Shown here: one piece after another, positions 26,710-41,200 of the stretch
Position numbering within the stretch: the stretch's first letter is position 1
Layout of the letters: each line of letters begins with the position of its first letter
Source of the DNA: Phoronis australis
Lineage: Eukaryota > Animalia > Phoronida
Length of the DNA stretch: 64,000 nucleotides
Reading direction: 5' to 3'
Assembly: GCA_002633005.1 (NCBI GenBank)
Contig: NMRA01000413.1
Coordinates: 113,251-177,250, forward strand
Program-made: the position numbers and the translations under genes
Notes under the pieces: model-generated
Database searches by the model: none
What the model was told of the DNA's origin: nothing
What the model saw: the letters and a program-made list of their open reading frames with translations, nothing else

Positions 26710-27050
26710 CTTGAAAATAACTGAGGCGACACCTGATGGCTCCGCCAGTTATCAATAACAACAATCTCACTACACGTCAGTGAACACATTCGTCGCGCGG
26801 CAACTGAGCCAGAGTGTATTACCATATCAGGTCACAGTTATTTCCAAACTTTACCACTTGTGTTATTTGGACACGAAAAAAGAGCGACATTTTCCTTAAT
26901 TTCGGACATGCAAAGTTATTCAAAGTGACCGTTTCTGACCAGGATTTCCCTCCCGGCATTGTTTCCCAAGGGTAATCTGAAGTACTTTTGACTCTGAGCT
27001 GACTCAGGTTGTTCACTTATATAATCCATGGTTCACTTCCTGCGTCAGGA
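26700..27050 (-). promoter_or_regulatory. putative nicotinamidase core promoter
   Basis: CpG-containing stretch directly 5' of the ATG. Minus-strand TCAGTT initiator-like motifs at 26719-26724 and 26802-26807, TGACGT CRE-like site near 26775, TGACTCA at 27000-27006, TATATAAG at 27016-27023. Motif matches only. Confidence 0.4.
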
Positions 27051-27839
27051 CGTACAACAATATATTTCAGTGAAAATTGTTAATGATAGTGTTAAACTTA
27101 CTATAAGTCTGTAAAACTTCAACTCTGGAGTGATACAGGTGGACTCAGTCCTGCCCTGCGGATGCTCGTGGTAAATCAAGATATGATGACGGTCTCACGC
27201 TCGCTGTCACGGAAGTTGACTTTTCATTTGCAAGCGGTTCCATCAAGGACCACTTTTTCAAGCACACTTTGCACGGTAGAAAACACCGCGTTTGTCAGTG
27301 TCACGTACCCCGACAGGCTCAGGAACATTCATCATTCTATGTGAGAAACTTTGTTTGAATTCTCAAAGACTGGTCTAAGACGGATTTTGAAGTTATATGC
27401 TTATACATTCTAATATTGTAGCTTTATTTTCATTTGTCAAATTTGTGTCCCATGTTGCTTTTGTAACAATGATGTTTACGAAACATGCGCACTAACTTGT
27501 ATCTAGTTTTTCGCGCCTGTGGCGCAGTTACCGTACGGTCACCGTTCCTGTTCATGGATTTGCTAGTTCGACGTACTGGAATATATCTGATTATGCTTTT
27601 GCCGTGTGTCGTCATTTTTCCAACACACGACGTTACGCGATCTTATTTGTACAGAGAACTGTCTCCTCATTTTAATATGACCATGAAGTGACTGGACTAG
27701 GACAAAGATCTGCAAAAGTGAGTATCATAGTAGGCCTAGTGTTTTTAATGATATCTGTTTAAGCGAGGGTCTCAAGTGTTCCCAAATACACCCGTCCCCT
27801 TCCCCCCAAACACATTCTACATGTATTTACACGGGCCTA

Positions 27840-28037
27840 CGTAAATATATACATATACACATACATGTATACATACACTTTTGCGTAAAAATTTACAAAC
27901 ATTTGGTTCCGCAAAGAATAAATGCCAACTAATATTTCGTGAAAACACATATACACATCGGTAGGAAAGATGATGTATATGCATATACATATAAGTATAT
28001 ATATATATATGTAGGGCCTATGTATGTATGTACGTAC

Positions 28038-28070
<33 letters not shown>

Positions 28071-28080
28071 CATATATACT
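27840..28080. repeat. (TA)n/(TG)n/(TACA)n microsatellite-rich tract
   Basis: Alternating purine-pyrimidine simple repeats. Confidence 0.85.
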
Positions 28081-28724
28081 TGAATTGGATGTTTATGAAA
28101 TATTCAGGTATATATTATTACTATTTTGAATACTTGAGTAATGTTTACTTCATGCCCAGGTATAATATGCGACTTCCGGCTGTAATACCATCTTTATACT
28201 AATAAAATAAACCATAAAAAATGTTTCGCCTCGCCTCAGAATGACACGTCTGATTATGGTGATATTGTTGTCAAGTCCGAATCCAACTAGTGCCGCTGCA
28301 TTCTCACCATATGTCGTTATGCAAAGATTCTTCAAAATCTTTTAAGCGGCCTTGACAGTTCTCAGCGAACACGGGAAATATTGTCAAAAAGTAAAATGGC
28401 TAAAGTCGTGTACTATAGTAATCTGTTCCGTAGCTTCCTTAACAAATCGTAGTTTTATCGAAATAGACAGGTTTTGACAATATTCGAAAAACAAGAATAT
28501 CCTGTCTTATACGAATACGGGCAATGCTACCGCTGTAAAATGATTCGACTAGTGTCGTGTACTTTTACAACCCTGACGTATACCTCTGCATAAGGTTCCT
28601 CCACAATCTGTTAATGAACTTGACAATAATCAACAAAAACGGAATATCTTGTAAAAATTGGAAACGACCCACATTCATTTTTATTAACAACATTAAACAT
28701 GTTTTCAGTAGTTTTATTAAATAT

Positions 28725-29075
28725 CAGTGTCGGATTTAGGGGGGGGGGGGGGGGGAANNNNNNNNNNNNNNNNNNNNNNNNNNNNNNNNNNNNNNNNNNN
28801 NCCCCAAAAATTCTCCCAGATACCATGTGCGAGTACGGGGTGCGAAGTGCTGAGTAACATATGCGCGCGCACCCAAGGTGTTCGGGGGGGGGGGCGAATG
28901 CACAATGCACAGGTCTCGAAGAAACCCCGTTTACCTTTTTAGTAGTAAGGTCCACAAACCCAAAAGTTCGAGACCCCCGCATCCCTAAATCTTAGGCTGG
29001 GCGCGCGCGTGGGGCGAAATTGCGGTTATTCCTGTGCCCTGGCCCCCTTAACTCAAAATGCTGGATCCGCCCCTG
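28725..29075. mobile_element. hAT-like MITE in the SLC22 3'UTR region
   Basis: Imperfect TIR CAGTGTCGGATTTAG / CTGGATCCGCCCCTG with poly-G/poly-C subterminal tracts; no perfect 8-bp TSD. Confidence 0.55.
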
Positions 29076-29104
29076 AATATTGACATTGTAGGCCTCCGTT
29101 GTTT

Positions 29105-29290
29105 CTAACATTTTTCACTTGGCGAACATGTTTTCATGTCGTTGTCGTCCAGCTTGGTCCAGTTTTCCACGTCTTGAACTGTCTCCGGCAGAGGTCGGTT
29201 TAATGTTTCCGGTAATACAACGCACGCGAGTCCAGCAAGGAGAGCAAATGTGCCAAAAAGAACTCCAGGAAGCCAAGGCAATGCTCGAGC
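29105..29290 (-). CDS. SLC22-like terminal exon 11 (ARALPWLP...LPETLNRPLPETVQDVE...EKC*)
   Basis: Inside ORF 29105-29305; LPET..PLPET motif; tttcag| acceptor; TAG stop. Confidence 0.92.
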   Translation of the reverse strand, partial: ARALPWLPGVLFGTFALLAGLACVVLPETLNRPLPETVQDVENWTKLDDNDMKTCSPSEKC

Positions 29291-32200
29291 CTGAAACGAA
29301 CACACAAAAGATCACCGACTCAGGAACTTGACACTATCAGCAATCGTAATGATGATGATGGTGTTAATGACGATGACAAGGCATGACTGAGCAGATTGGG
29401 CCCCAATAAATCCCACCGATACCACCAAAACGCTGTCGACTGTCAGTTGTTTTTACGAAATAGTCAAGAACGTTTTTTCTTGCGAACATTTTGTGTTTGG
29501 ATCCCCTCTTGTGACAATTATATATCCCCCTATCTACGGACGTCGACGAGGATTGTGGGGGTGATGGTCGGGATGACAATGATGTTGATGACTATGATCA
29601 TGATATTCATATGCTGATGATGACGATGAGCGTGGTGGTGATCATGATCATGGATGTAGAATAATCGAACAATCATGGTGATGGTGATTGCGATGGTCAA
29701 AGATAATGATAGAAATAGTAATAGTATCAATAACAGTGAAAGTAATGATGATTACATTCTTTTACCACATCGCCCTGTTTGTCGTGAAGGTGTTGGTGGT
29801 CTCCATGGTGACTGTTGTAATATTGGTGATGGCAGTAGTGTATGTGTTTGAAACAGGATTACTTTAGCAGTGCTAACTGTGACGGTTGATCGGAGGTGAA
29901 GAGACCGTGATAGTCGTCACTTGGTTGTTGAGGGAGGGACTTACCACCGTGCCAGTGAACGGCGCGATCACAGAACCGATGTCAGCAAATACAGACGCGA
30001 TACCGATACCGGAAGACCTGTAAGTAACGAGTAACATAAAGCAATGTAGATCATTTTGTAAAGAGCTCATCAGTGTAGGGGTTTGGTGACGTCATCCCAA
30101 CGTCCAGTCAACGATTCTACCGTAATAGACACGTTCCAAGCTGGTGAACCAATTGTGAGACGATATCGTGCTAAAATGGAAAATAAAAAGTCATAAAAGT
30201 GACATCCCGAGGACGAAGGTATGTCAAAAATGTCTTGTAGTGAACAAGTTTCACGGCCAGTTGAAATTATGTGTGTGTGAAATAAAAAATAAACATGCGT
30301 GCGTGCATATGTGTGCGCGCGCGCGCGTATGCACACTCACGCACACACACACACACACACNNNNNNNNNNNNNNNNNNNNNNNNNNNNNNNNNNNNNNNN
30401 NNNNNNNNNNNNNNNNNNNNNNNNNNNNNNNNNNNNNNNNNNNNNNNNNNNNNNNNNNNNNNNNNNNNNNNNNNNNNNNNNNNNNNNNNNNNNNNNNNNN
30501 NNNNNNNNNNNNNNNNNNNNNNNNNNNNNNNNNNNNNNNNNNNNNNNNNNNNNNNNNNNNNNNNNNNNNNNNNNNNNNNNNNNNNNNNNNNNNNNNNNNN
30601 NNNNNACACACACACACCCATTATAGATGTACATTTCCATTGTTCTTTGTCTTTAACTCTTTAACTAAAAATCACCAATTTCATGTCAAAAACACCAAAA
30701 AACAACCCCTCCAGTCCACCACGTGACAAATTAGAACACACGCGAGTACTATCTGAAGATATAGCCTATTAATTAGATGATATCAAGTCACGATGATTTA
30801 TTGGCCGAAATGTACTACCGGAAAAATTAAGACAACCAATCACAGCACTAGTCACATGGGAGGGGAAACCCCCCCGACCCCCCCCCCTTACTGAAAACGA
30901 AGATCCGCCACTGCTACGTGTTCCCCTTCAGGACATTAGGCTCTGAACAAAGTTTTTAAAATGTGACTACATGTACAAGCCCGCCTAACGTCATAAAAAT
31001 TGCTTTTTGATTAAACCACTCACTGTGAAGAGTTCAATCTTAAATTGTCCCGCAGTTATGGACTGACACTTGGTAATTGTTTGACACCAAGCTCTACAAG
31101 TTGCCTTGTCACGGGCATGACATTTTATTCTCGGTGTATGGTCTCCAGCAATAACGAACTGTCATAACTTTGAAAGACCAAAGATGACCTCTCAGCTGAG
31201 TGAGGACCAATTTTGTGACAGCAATATGTAGTGATACGTGGTCTACAGCGACGAAACGTGGACTTATAGCCACTTCCAAATGACCACTCTCGGCTGGACT
31301 GTTCATTTCACTGAATGCATTTATATCTGAGTTGTCCAGTTACGCCCAATTAAGCTTGCATATCGTTTCAACTGACACTATTTGTGTTCTCATTACCGTA
31401 AATTGGTTGGAAAGACTTCTACCGTGCAGACATAAATTGTTGCGAATGAGCCACATATGCCGAACTTGCAGATCAGTCCAAACGTTGTCACTAGAGGCGT
31501 CAAGTCGGTGCCATCCGCTACAAGTAGTTAAACGTCATGTCATCTGCTAAATATGAAGTTTTTACAAATATTCCACATACTACATGTATTTACTTTAAAT
31601 GACGAATCAAAAGCAACACTTCTTTTCTAGTGGTGGAGTCTGGCTTGCTTCATGCTTGTGAAATTTACATGTAAAAATTATAGTGGAATACGCACGTACA
31701 CGCACACGCACAGACTTAAGGAATTGGGGACTGGGTTGGGATAAAGAGATGGGTGAACGGAACAAACGAGGAGGGGAAGGAGCAACCGGGAAGAAGCCAT
31801 GCAACATCGGTGGATATACGACTGAGATGGCAGCACACCCGCAGGGGGGGGGGAGGGGGCGGCACAAAACTGTTGGGCCCCAACCGAGGTGGCGTCTCCA
31901 TATTAGCGGCGACCGAGAGAGCGGCTTGACATAAGAGACAACCTAGTAGTGGAGGAGGGACTGCTGTGCGTGAACTTGGAATCCTGCTTAATCTCACGAT
32001 CGCGTATGTGTGACTGGAATTGAACATTCATTTGGGCAGTGAGGTGAAATTTTTTGTTCAGTGTAAGGAATTTTTGATATTATCGGCCTCATGATCACCC
32101 ATTTTCTCCTTTAGCGTAACTTGTGTCAAAGAATCGGGGGAATATGTTCATGGTTCATTGAATTATTGTTTGGTGCATAAGGTCGCCAGTAGTTGGAAAG

Positions 32201-35200
32201 AGATTGATTAAAATTTACGTTGTTTCGTTAACATGTAATTCAATTTAGCACAGTGCAATTTTTTATCAACGCGTACGTATATATTTGAGTGAACTTATCC
32301 AGTGCCCTCGTGTATTCCAAGTTCACGCATACACGATCTTGAGATTAAGCATTATTCCAAGATCACGCACAGCAGGACCGCAATCTTCTGCCCCGGCGTC
32401 GATGTTTCAAGGTACGCCACTGGTGTATGATCTGGAGTGCAAAGCTGATGGTAAATGGAACGGATTAATTGTAAGGCAAAAATGGTGGCGATAAGGATGG
32501 AAGTCGAACATTTTTCATGACTGACAAATGTAAACCCCATTATGTACAATACGTTTTGTGCACCGTAATCGAAGCCTGGCTACGGTCAAGACAACAAATT
32601 CCTTCTTGGAGGGATGAAAAAAAAAATGTGTATGGACGTAATTAAAATGGATGAAGCGAGGCTTTTTGCTCGACTAAAACCATTCTCTGCGAAGCATGGC
32701 AGTGATGTTAACTGCGTAAATGTTGGTCGCAAGAAAATAACAACTTCAAGCAAGGAATAGAGTGGGAAATTTTTATTTCTTATAAACCTTCATAAGACAC
32801 TTGAAAGAATATGACAGATATAATATAACCCAGGAAACAAACCGCTCTTTCCTGTTAAAGCCATCGTTTATACCTCTCTCACTCTAACTACACAAAGGTA
32901 GCATACAGTCACTCTCATACATGGACATGGCATACGTTAGCACGGTGAATATAGTTAAATAACCGTAGATTCCTTGGCAGACTTGACCAGCAAACCGTTC
33001 AATATTTTGTCTCTGAGGTCGTCTAACTTTTTATTTCAGACATTTTTGTTAGCCATAATCGACTGACTTATATTGACGTCCGTAAATTCGCTTGAGAAAA
33101 TATCCTCAATTGTTTCTTTCATCAACCTTCAATTTACATTCAATAGATGCAACTATTTTGTATTTTGTAAAAATTGCTACAAGGACGCTATCTGAGGAGT
33201 GTTCATTACCAGCTGATATAGTTATAACAGTTCTTAAGTCACCTTCTGCGGCTAGGCGACACAGCTTCATCAAAGTAATGAATTTGTCGTCAGCCCAGAT
33301 TATAACAGTGAACTCACCAGCCTTTCCCGGTGAGAAAGTTGCGCAAATCAAGGAGATCCCTGCTATGACGTGAAATGCAATCAGCGGTTTTCGTCGCCCA
33401 TATCTTCACCGTAAAACAAAAGAATATCAAATCATTGTATACCGATAATTAAACATAACTGAGCTTTAAAACATGGGCAAAGTAAACTTCTCGCAAATAA
33501 AATCAGCCAAGAAATCAACCAATCAGAAAGTGAGCACACAAATATATTTAAAAAAATATGAACGAATGCATGTATAATAGTATGATAACAATATCACCAA
33601 AACTGCAACATTTTATGAATAGGAGAGTAGGGTACAAATTCCACTGTAAACGATTGCAATAGTTTACGCAGCTGAGACAGTAAGTGGTGTAACACAGCAA
33701 CCAGGTTTCGAACTTTACTGATGACGATGTATTGCGGGTATCTTCTACTTGAAAAAATGGTGACTCAAAATTCTTACGACGCGTAAACTATGTAACTCAA
33801 AATAGAACATAGGACAACTGTGATGTATGCGTGGATCTCTCCTTCAGGATTTGTGAGAAATTTGAAAACTTGTCACACGCCAATATCATTGGAATTCAAT
33901 GGGGTCAGTAGTACTTTACAACACTGAGTGAAGATCTGTGACTTATTTATGAGTTATTCACTTGGAACCCTGTTGCTTGGATGTATGTGACGGAACAGCT
34001 TGCGCATTTCCGTGACCTCTAGAGCTACACTGGCGGAATTTAAAACTCCTTGTAGGGTCACCCATGCCGGCAGGATTAAAGCTAGAGATCTTTCGAAATA
34101 CACCTTTCCCTAGGGTTACACTAGGGTGTAATCGTAAGGGCGACTCCCTCACCCCGTGAAAGAAACATTGTTACAGGTGACTGATAGCCTGACTGATGCA
34201 ACCCTGACGACCATGCCTGAGGTGAGGCAACGGACACATCAAGACATGCGAGACTTTCCATGAAGGTTTGTATCTCATAAATCGACTGTTCGTATTGAAA
34301 CTTGGAATGTGTGCACATTTACAGAGGCTGGATGCTGTACGCAAGTTGCAGAAGAGATGAGAAAGTATAACATCAGTGTGCTGGGTGAAGCGAGGTGGAG
34401 CACTTTTGTCCAAATCCAACTGCGGATAAGGGAGACCTTTCTATATTCAGAGAAAGAAAACGAGGTTAACCCACGTGAATATGGCTTGGATTTTTCTGAA
34501 TCAACACTCCGCCAAAGTCTAATTGAGGGGGACACCGTCTCTGACAGAATAATCACGCCAAGGTTCGAAGGGTAATAGTTATACAGTGTCACGCAATCAC
34601 TAACAGCTCTGACGGAAACCTTAAAGAAGACTTCCTACTCCAATCTCCAAGTTGTCCTAGACCAAATCCCTGTGCGAGACATGCTGATACGGGAGACACG
34701 AATGCAAAACTTGGTGACGACAACACCGGACGAGAACATGTGATGGGAAGTCACGGCCTCGGTGCCATGAACGAAAATAGCGAACTCTTTGCTAACTTCT
34801 GGTTACACGTAGCACAACGTTCCCCCACAAGAATTGTCATGAAGTTACCTGGGTGTCCCCTGGTGGAAAGACAGTACCAAATCGACTACTTTGCCATCCA
34901 CAGACGTTGGAGAAGAACCATGGGAGATCTACGCAGTATGTGAGGTGACGATACTGTCTTAGACCACCACCTAATTGTTGCCGTTCTTCATGTAAAGCTG
35001 TGTGATAAGAGAAGGAGAGGAAATGACAGTATCAAGTTCGACACCAACAAAGTCCAACACAACGACACCAAAACATAATTTGCATTATCAATCTACAACA
35101 GGTTTGCTCACCTACAGGACGAGACCGCCGATCTCAGAAGACCTGAATTAACATCAAAGATATGTACATCAGCTTCTGTGAAGAGACTCTTGGTAAAAGG

Positions 35201-38200
35201 ATAGAAACCGAGAAGCCATGGGTGAGTGACCTCACTTGGCAGAAGAGCAAAGAGCGAAAAATCCTGATGTAAACCAAGCCAAGATGCGTCTTCAGTAAGC
35301 GAACAACCAAGAACTTTATAACGAGAAAGCTAAAGAAGTAAAAAGATGTATACGAACAGACGAAAGAAAATATACAGAAGAGCTTGCGTCCAGAGCTAAG
35401 GAAGCGGGTGCCGCAGGAGACATAAAGACCCTAGACACCACCACCAAAGAACTGAGTGGCCAAAGATATATGTCGTTTAAAAATAAGGATGGTCAGCTCA
35501 TCACCAACATTGAGAAACAACTGGAATGTTGGAGAACTCGCCCTACACACCCCTCTGAATAAGATCTTAGAAACAGAAGAAATCCCACAAGGCTGAACCA
35601 AAGGGCTACTGGTTAACCTGCCGAAGACCAGCGACCTATCTTAAACTGGAAACTGGCGAGGAATCACTAGTCTGTCCATGCCGAGCAAGGTGCTCACCCG
35701 GGTAATGCTTAACAGCAGCAAGCAGTCTTTAGCAAAGAACGATCCTGCACTGACCAAAGAGCTACATGTACTACAAAAATCGTCGTCGAACATTCGAATT
35801 CATCACTCTACCTAAACTATGTAGACTTCAGGAAGGCTTTCAACAGCATCGACAAATACATTTAACTGATCTGGAAAACCCTCCGATATTATGGTCTCCC
35901 CAACAAGTTTCTTAATGTCATTATGAACCTCCATGATAGATTCACTTGTCAAGTAATACTCAGTGGAGAACGTACGCAGCAATACCCCGTCACATCAAAA
36001 GCATGACAAGGATCTTCATTGTCACCTTCGGTCGTTTGGATCGTTCTTGATTGGGCGACACGCAGTGCATTCTCCGGTCCACCAACTGGTGCACAGTGCA
36101 CTTTCACCAGCCATCTTGACGGCTTAGAGTATATGCAGGTGACCTATGTCTTCCAGCTGACCAACAACAGGACATTCCTCATAAGACCTGTGTGCTCTCT
36201 GATGCATCCAAACAGGTTGGAGTTCACACTAACGTCGAGAAAACCAAGACTATGCACATAGAAACCGGGCAAAACGACATCATCTCAGTGGCCAGGAAAG
36301 GTCTAGAAGATGTCCAGTATTTCATCTATTTGGGTAATATAGTCAGCACTAAGGACGGAGAGCAGAGGTCTACACTAAGGGTCGCATTAAGAAGGTCCGC
36401 GAAACATTTGCAATGCTGAAACATGTTTGGAAGTCTACAGCTTACTCCAGGCAAAATAAACTCGAAATCTTCCACTCAAATGTAAAGTCAGTCCTGCTTT
36501 ACGACCCAGAGACTTGGCGATTTACTAAATCCATCATAAGCAAGGTGCAAGTGTTCATCAACAGATGTCTGTGCCAATTCATGCAAATCAATTGGCCTGA
36601 TAGAGTAACAAACAAAACAGTATGGAACAGAGCCAAGCAGAAAGCCATATAGATCCAGATAAACATGAGGAAGTGGAGGTGGACTGGTCATACGCTTCGA
36701 AAGGCGAATGCACATACCACCAAGCTTGCCCTTAACTGCAACACCCAATGTAGAAGAACTGTGACATTTGAACACCTACTAACTGGCATGTCATGGAACG
36801 AGATCTGAGCAAATGCTACCGACCGGACTAAAAAGCGAGCAGTCCCGCAGGCGCTATGGACCTGAAAGTGCCCAGAGGCAGAAGTCAGTAAGTCATTAAG
36901 AACCAGATTGAATGACCAAAATAGAGAAAAACTTTCTTTGACAAAAACTGAAAAAGACAAGCCAATCTTTGTCTGGAGGTATCGAATAATTACCTAATAA
37001 TAACATGAACAGCCATGTAGCCAATGGTTTCAGCGACTGTCGTGAGAGTGAAATTCAAAAAGAGGTCCCCCGGAAACAGGGTCTGCACGCTCAGAATCAG
37101 TCCCCAGTAAACAAGCGAGTTTACGAACCTAGAATAAAAGTTACATTCTTTTATACGTACATAAAAATCGTCCGCTATGACTCGTTGATATAGGTTAGCA
37201 ATATCTTACAGTTACTGTTTGTAGCAGTCGACACAAGAGAACGATTGACAAGTCTCTTTCATTCAATGTATGCCCACTGACAGTGCATGTATAATTTTCT
37301 CAAATTCAGCCGCTAATCAAAAGCGAAGGCAACCGTTTTAATGTAAATTACAATTTGCTGGTTATCCTAGACAAATTTTCAAGTTAATTAAATTCCCTTG
37401 TTCTATGTGATTATGCATGCATCACTCGATCCGAAGTGACATTTGAATCCAGAAGAATTTCCCCACCAGCTTCGTTTGTGCTACTACGATTTATTGTGAA
37501 CGCCTGCTGATATACTTTTTCCAAAAATTCCGCAAGTATTTGCTTTGGACGAGTCTTGGACAATCCTAGATTGAGTTGGACATCGATTTAGATATTGTTT
37601 GATTTGCAGTGGACGGGGAGTGGCTGAAGTCGGCGACCACAAAAACACAAATTACACACACGGTGAAGCTTAGGCTGTGCTGGTTGCTGGCCTTGGACGC
37701 TGGGGCGATTGTTCCCAGGCGCAGGTAACACCAACTAATACGTGGCCTTGAGTTGCGGCGCTTCGTTTTTCAACGAAGCAATCCTGTCGATGGGGCAGTA
37801 AATGGAAATACATGGGCGGTGCACCATAGGGGGCTNTGGAGGGGGCTTTAGCCACCCCACTTTTTTCGGTGCTGCGCCGCCCATGTCCGACGGTAAAGCA
37901 ACCGTCTTCAGATCATCTGTAGCAGGTAGCTAAGGTCGTAACATTTGCGCAAACATCCCTTTCGCAATGCAGGTGTAAGCAATGTGCAATGTTTGTCTTA
38001 CACACGGTAGATTTGCAACACTTTAGCCGTGGCGTACACCCGCTACATTCGTGAAAAGAACGAACCGACTTAAACACATTTTTTCATCAATGTCACAATT
38101 TTTTACTGAGTGACGATCAGAAAAAGGCAAAAATGATCTTATTTATATCAATTTAAAGGAGAATGCCACCCGATTTATTTAGTTTTTGTTACCGTCTTAA

Positions 38201-41200
38201 TCGGTCTATTTCCACATAACCACGTAACCTATACAGTCGATCCCACCTCGCCAAGAGGTGTCGTGTTAACCTGTGAGGAAGGTGAGTACATGACGCAGCA
38301 ACGCCAGTGGTTCATCAGCTGAGTGTGTTCCGCTATTGTGTGACGTATCGTTCCCGCTTGTACGAGCCATGAAGCTGCGATTAAAGCGGGTATATGGTTT
38401 TTTCGATTTCCTCGAGAACCCGAAATGGTTTGAAAGTGGTTTCCGGCAGTAAAGAACCAAAAGTACGCCGTTAATACCAAGTATGAGGCCGTGAAATATC
38501 TCCGTGTCTGTGGTCGGCATTGTTCTGTTTCAAAATGAATTATTCTCACCCTAACCAATATTTATGAAAAACTCAAACAAAGTGTCAAAGTCTGTCTCAG
38601 TAGATACAATTTGTAATGCCTTAGGAGTGTTCGTGAATGCAAATGTTTTGATAAATCAACAATCAATAAATCATACTGCGTTACCGGGTTCAGACGCAAT
38701 AAAAGTCGGACCGGTAGGCCGCCCGTGTGAGCGCACGCTAATTCAGTGTTTGCTAACAGAAAGCTGTTGTGTGGTCAGATGTTAGGGGAATCTTTATTTA
38801 GATATATGTATACATTATTCAAATCATTGCACCTTTTCCCTGTACGGTTCTATGGAAGGGGAACCTGGTTTCGCGGCCACCGACAAGTAAGTAGATTTGC
38901 AGTTTCGCTGCGAATTTGCCAAAACATTCACGTGCTCATTATTTTTGTGGTTCACTAGTCTAGTCTTTTTGTGACTGGAAGTTTAGTTTTGAACTTTCGC
39001 AGCCGACTAACCCGGCTGGTTTATGTGCGTAATATCCCCAGTACGGCCGCGATGGGCCTGATCGGGTTCCGAGCCACTGGGTTATAACGAGCGTTTTGTA
39101 TTTAGAACTGAAAAAATTCACAAGTCTAAAAGTACAACACACGGCTATGTTCTCCTGTCTGTATATCACGGAAGAATAATTCTAACTTACCACCGAACAG
39201 ACTCGAAACTTCCCGCGACCGACCTCAGTAAGTTGGCGTACCGAAATTTGTAGGCTACGGTACGATCAAAATTTCTTTAAATCCGTAACAGTGAAATAAA
39301 GCTCATTTGCTAAAAAACTCAATGTATTTGTAAGGGTTTGGCATCCAATTTTGACGATTTATTGGTGTAAAATGATGAAATCAAGCGATAAGCTGACACC
39401 AGTAAGCGTCTTGTGAACTGCTGAGCAGACGCTATTAAAACCTGTGACGTCATTGGTTAATTTCAACATTTCCGTCTGCCGTCTAGGTAAAAGAACTGAA
39501 CTTACTGTTATCGAATGGAATTACTCGTCCTAAACTTATACAGAATATGTTGTTTTTTGGTGGCATTCTCCTTTAACTTACACAATGGTGCATCCGATGT
39601 CAAACACAGATCGAAGTGCTAGCAAACAAAGCTGACATCGAATGGTTCCGGCCGCAAACGTCCCTTCTCGTGTTATGCTTTCATATTCAATTAGAACCCA
39701 GGAATTTGATTAATTTCAAATATCTAACATGATCAAAAATATAGTACAACCAAAATGACACTAAAAGCGTCTGTTCTCTCTTTTCAACAATTCTTCACAT
39801 GCGTAATTGCTCTTGCACAGCAGCTTCGTTGCATCTTTATCCTTAATTTTGGTTTTATCAGATGACAAGGCATTATTAACACGCGTTGCCCTGTAGTACG
39901 GTGTATCAATGAAACTACACATACAAATGGCCACATACTATCAGATGAAATTAGAAAGAAGGTATGCAACGAGGCCATGCATTAAACTCTAAGCAACCGT
40001 TTGGGGCCCCATCTCGTTACCGCAGGGAGTATTTAAACGTTAATTGTGGCGACGAGAGGGGGACCCTTTGAGATAAACAGGCTACAGCTTAGGAACGAAC
40101 CTCACACGAAATGGTCACAACTCGTGCCAAAGGGGTCCCTCGAAAACTGTGGCGACCGCGGAAAAGGCAGTTTGAAAATTGCGACAAAAGTTTATTAACG
40201 ACTCGACACCAGCACTTCATTTAGCTTGGAAGCCTTCGAGAAACCTGAATCCATCACTGGCAAAGAGAAATTTGCGCCAAAGAAATGGGAACTTACCACA
40301 CAAAACACGTGGCTGATGTAATTATGAGCATACGCCGGGAATGTAGTATGGCCGACATGTTTTCGGATACCGTGTTCTGTTTCGATCTCGAGCAGCACAT
40401 TTTTCTCAATAGCTGAGGGACGCTGACATGTTGGCTAGCCATGTCTTCACTTTTAGTTTCGTTATCTTGACAATTCGCACCACGTGATGCCAGTTTGTTG
40501 TTCCAATTGGCGTCTTTCGCACATCCTTCGTTCATTGGCATCATTTCTTCTTCTTCGTAAATCGTTGGGATAGGAATCTTGTTAAATTTTGCAATTTTTG
40601 CAATCGCCTCCTTAGCTTCTTTCAAACGCCCATTTGCTATTAACCATGGTATGGATTCTTGAGCCAACCTTACAGAAATAATTCGACTTTTAGTTTCAAT
40701 CTTTACGAAACGGTTTGATTGAAATAATAGACTCAGATGGCTATGGCTGTGAAGCAGTCAAATATTTTTCAGATACGTAATTTCAGTATTTCTGAGATCA
40801 CAGTGATAATGATGAGCTTACAATAATTACTTTAAAGTTCGCTGTTCACACTTTGTTGGCGCTACTGAGACCCATGACTATGTTTCGTAGTCCGGAAATG
40901 GCTACAGAACGGTTTCTTGAGACCGACCTGTTTCTTTATACATGTAAGTAGCCTAACATATGAACGAAACCGTCAGATAGTTACATCTAGTTCTTAATGT
41001 CTACGTGATGGACATGTGTAATTTCGAGCCTGTAAATGTCAAATGCGCGTGTAAATACATTAAAACTGGACCAAATCAAGCCCTTATTGCGTAGATGAAC
41101 TCACCAATACAATACAAGTACAAGGAAGCCTGGTGCAGCAAAAGCTAACTGCAGATGACGCCAGTTACGTAGAAAATAAGCCACAAACACCACCAAAAAC

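Noticed and set aside
25619-30726. Long ORFs containing X runs, and His/Met/Tyr-Ile-rich ORFs
   Set aside because: Artefacts of N gaps and microsatellites.
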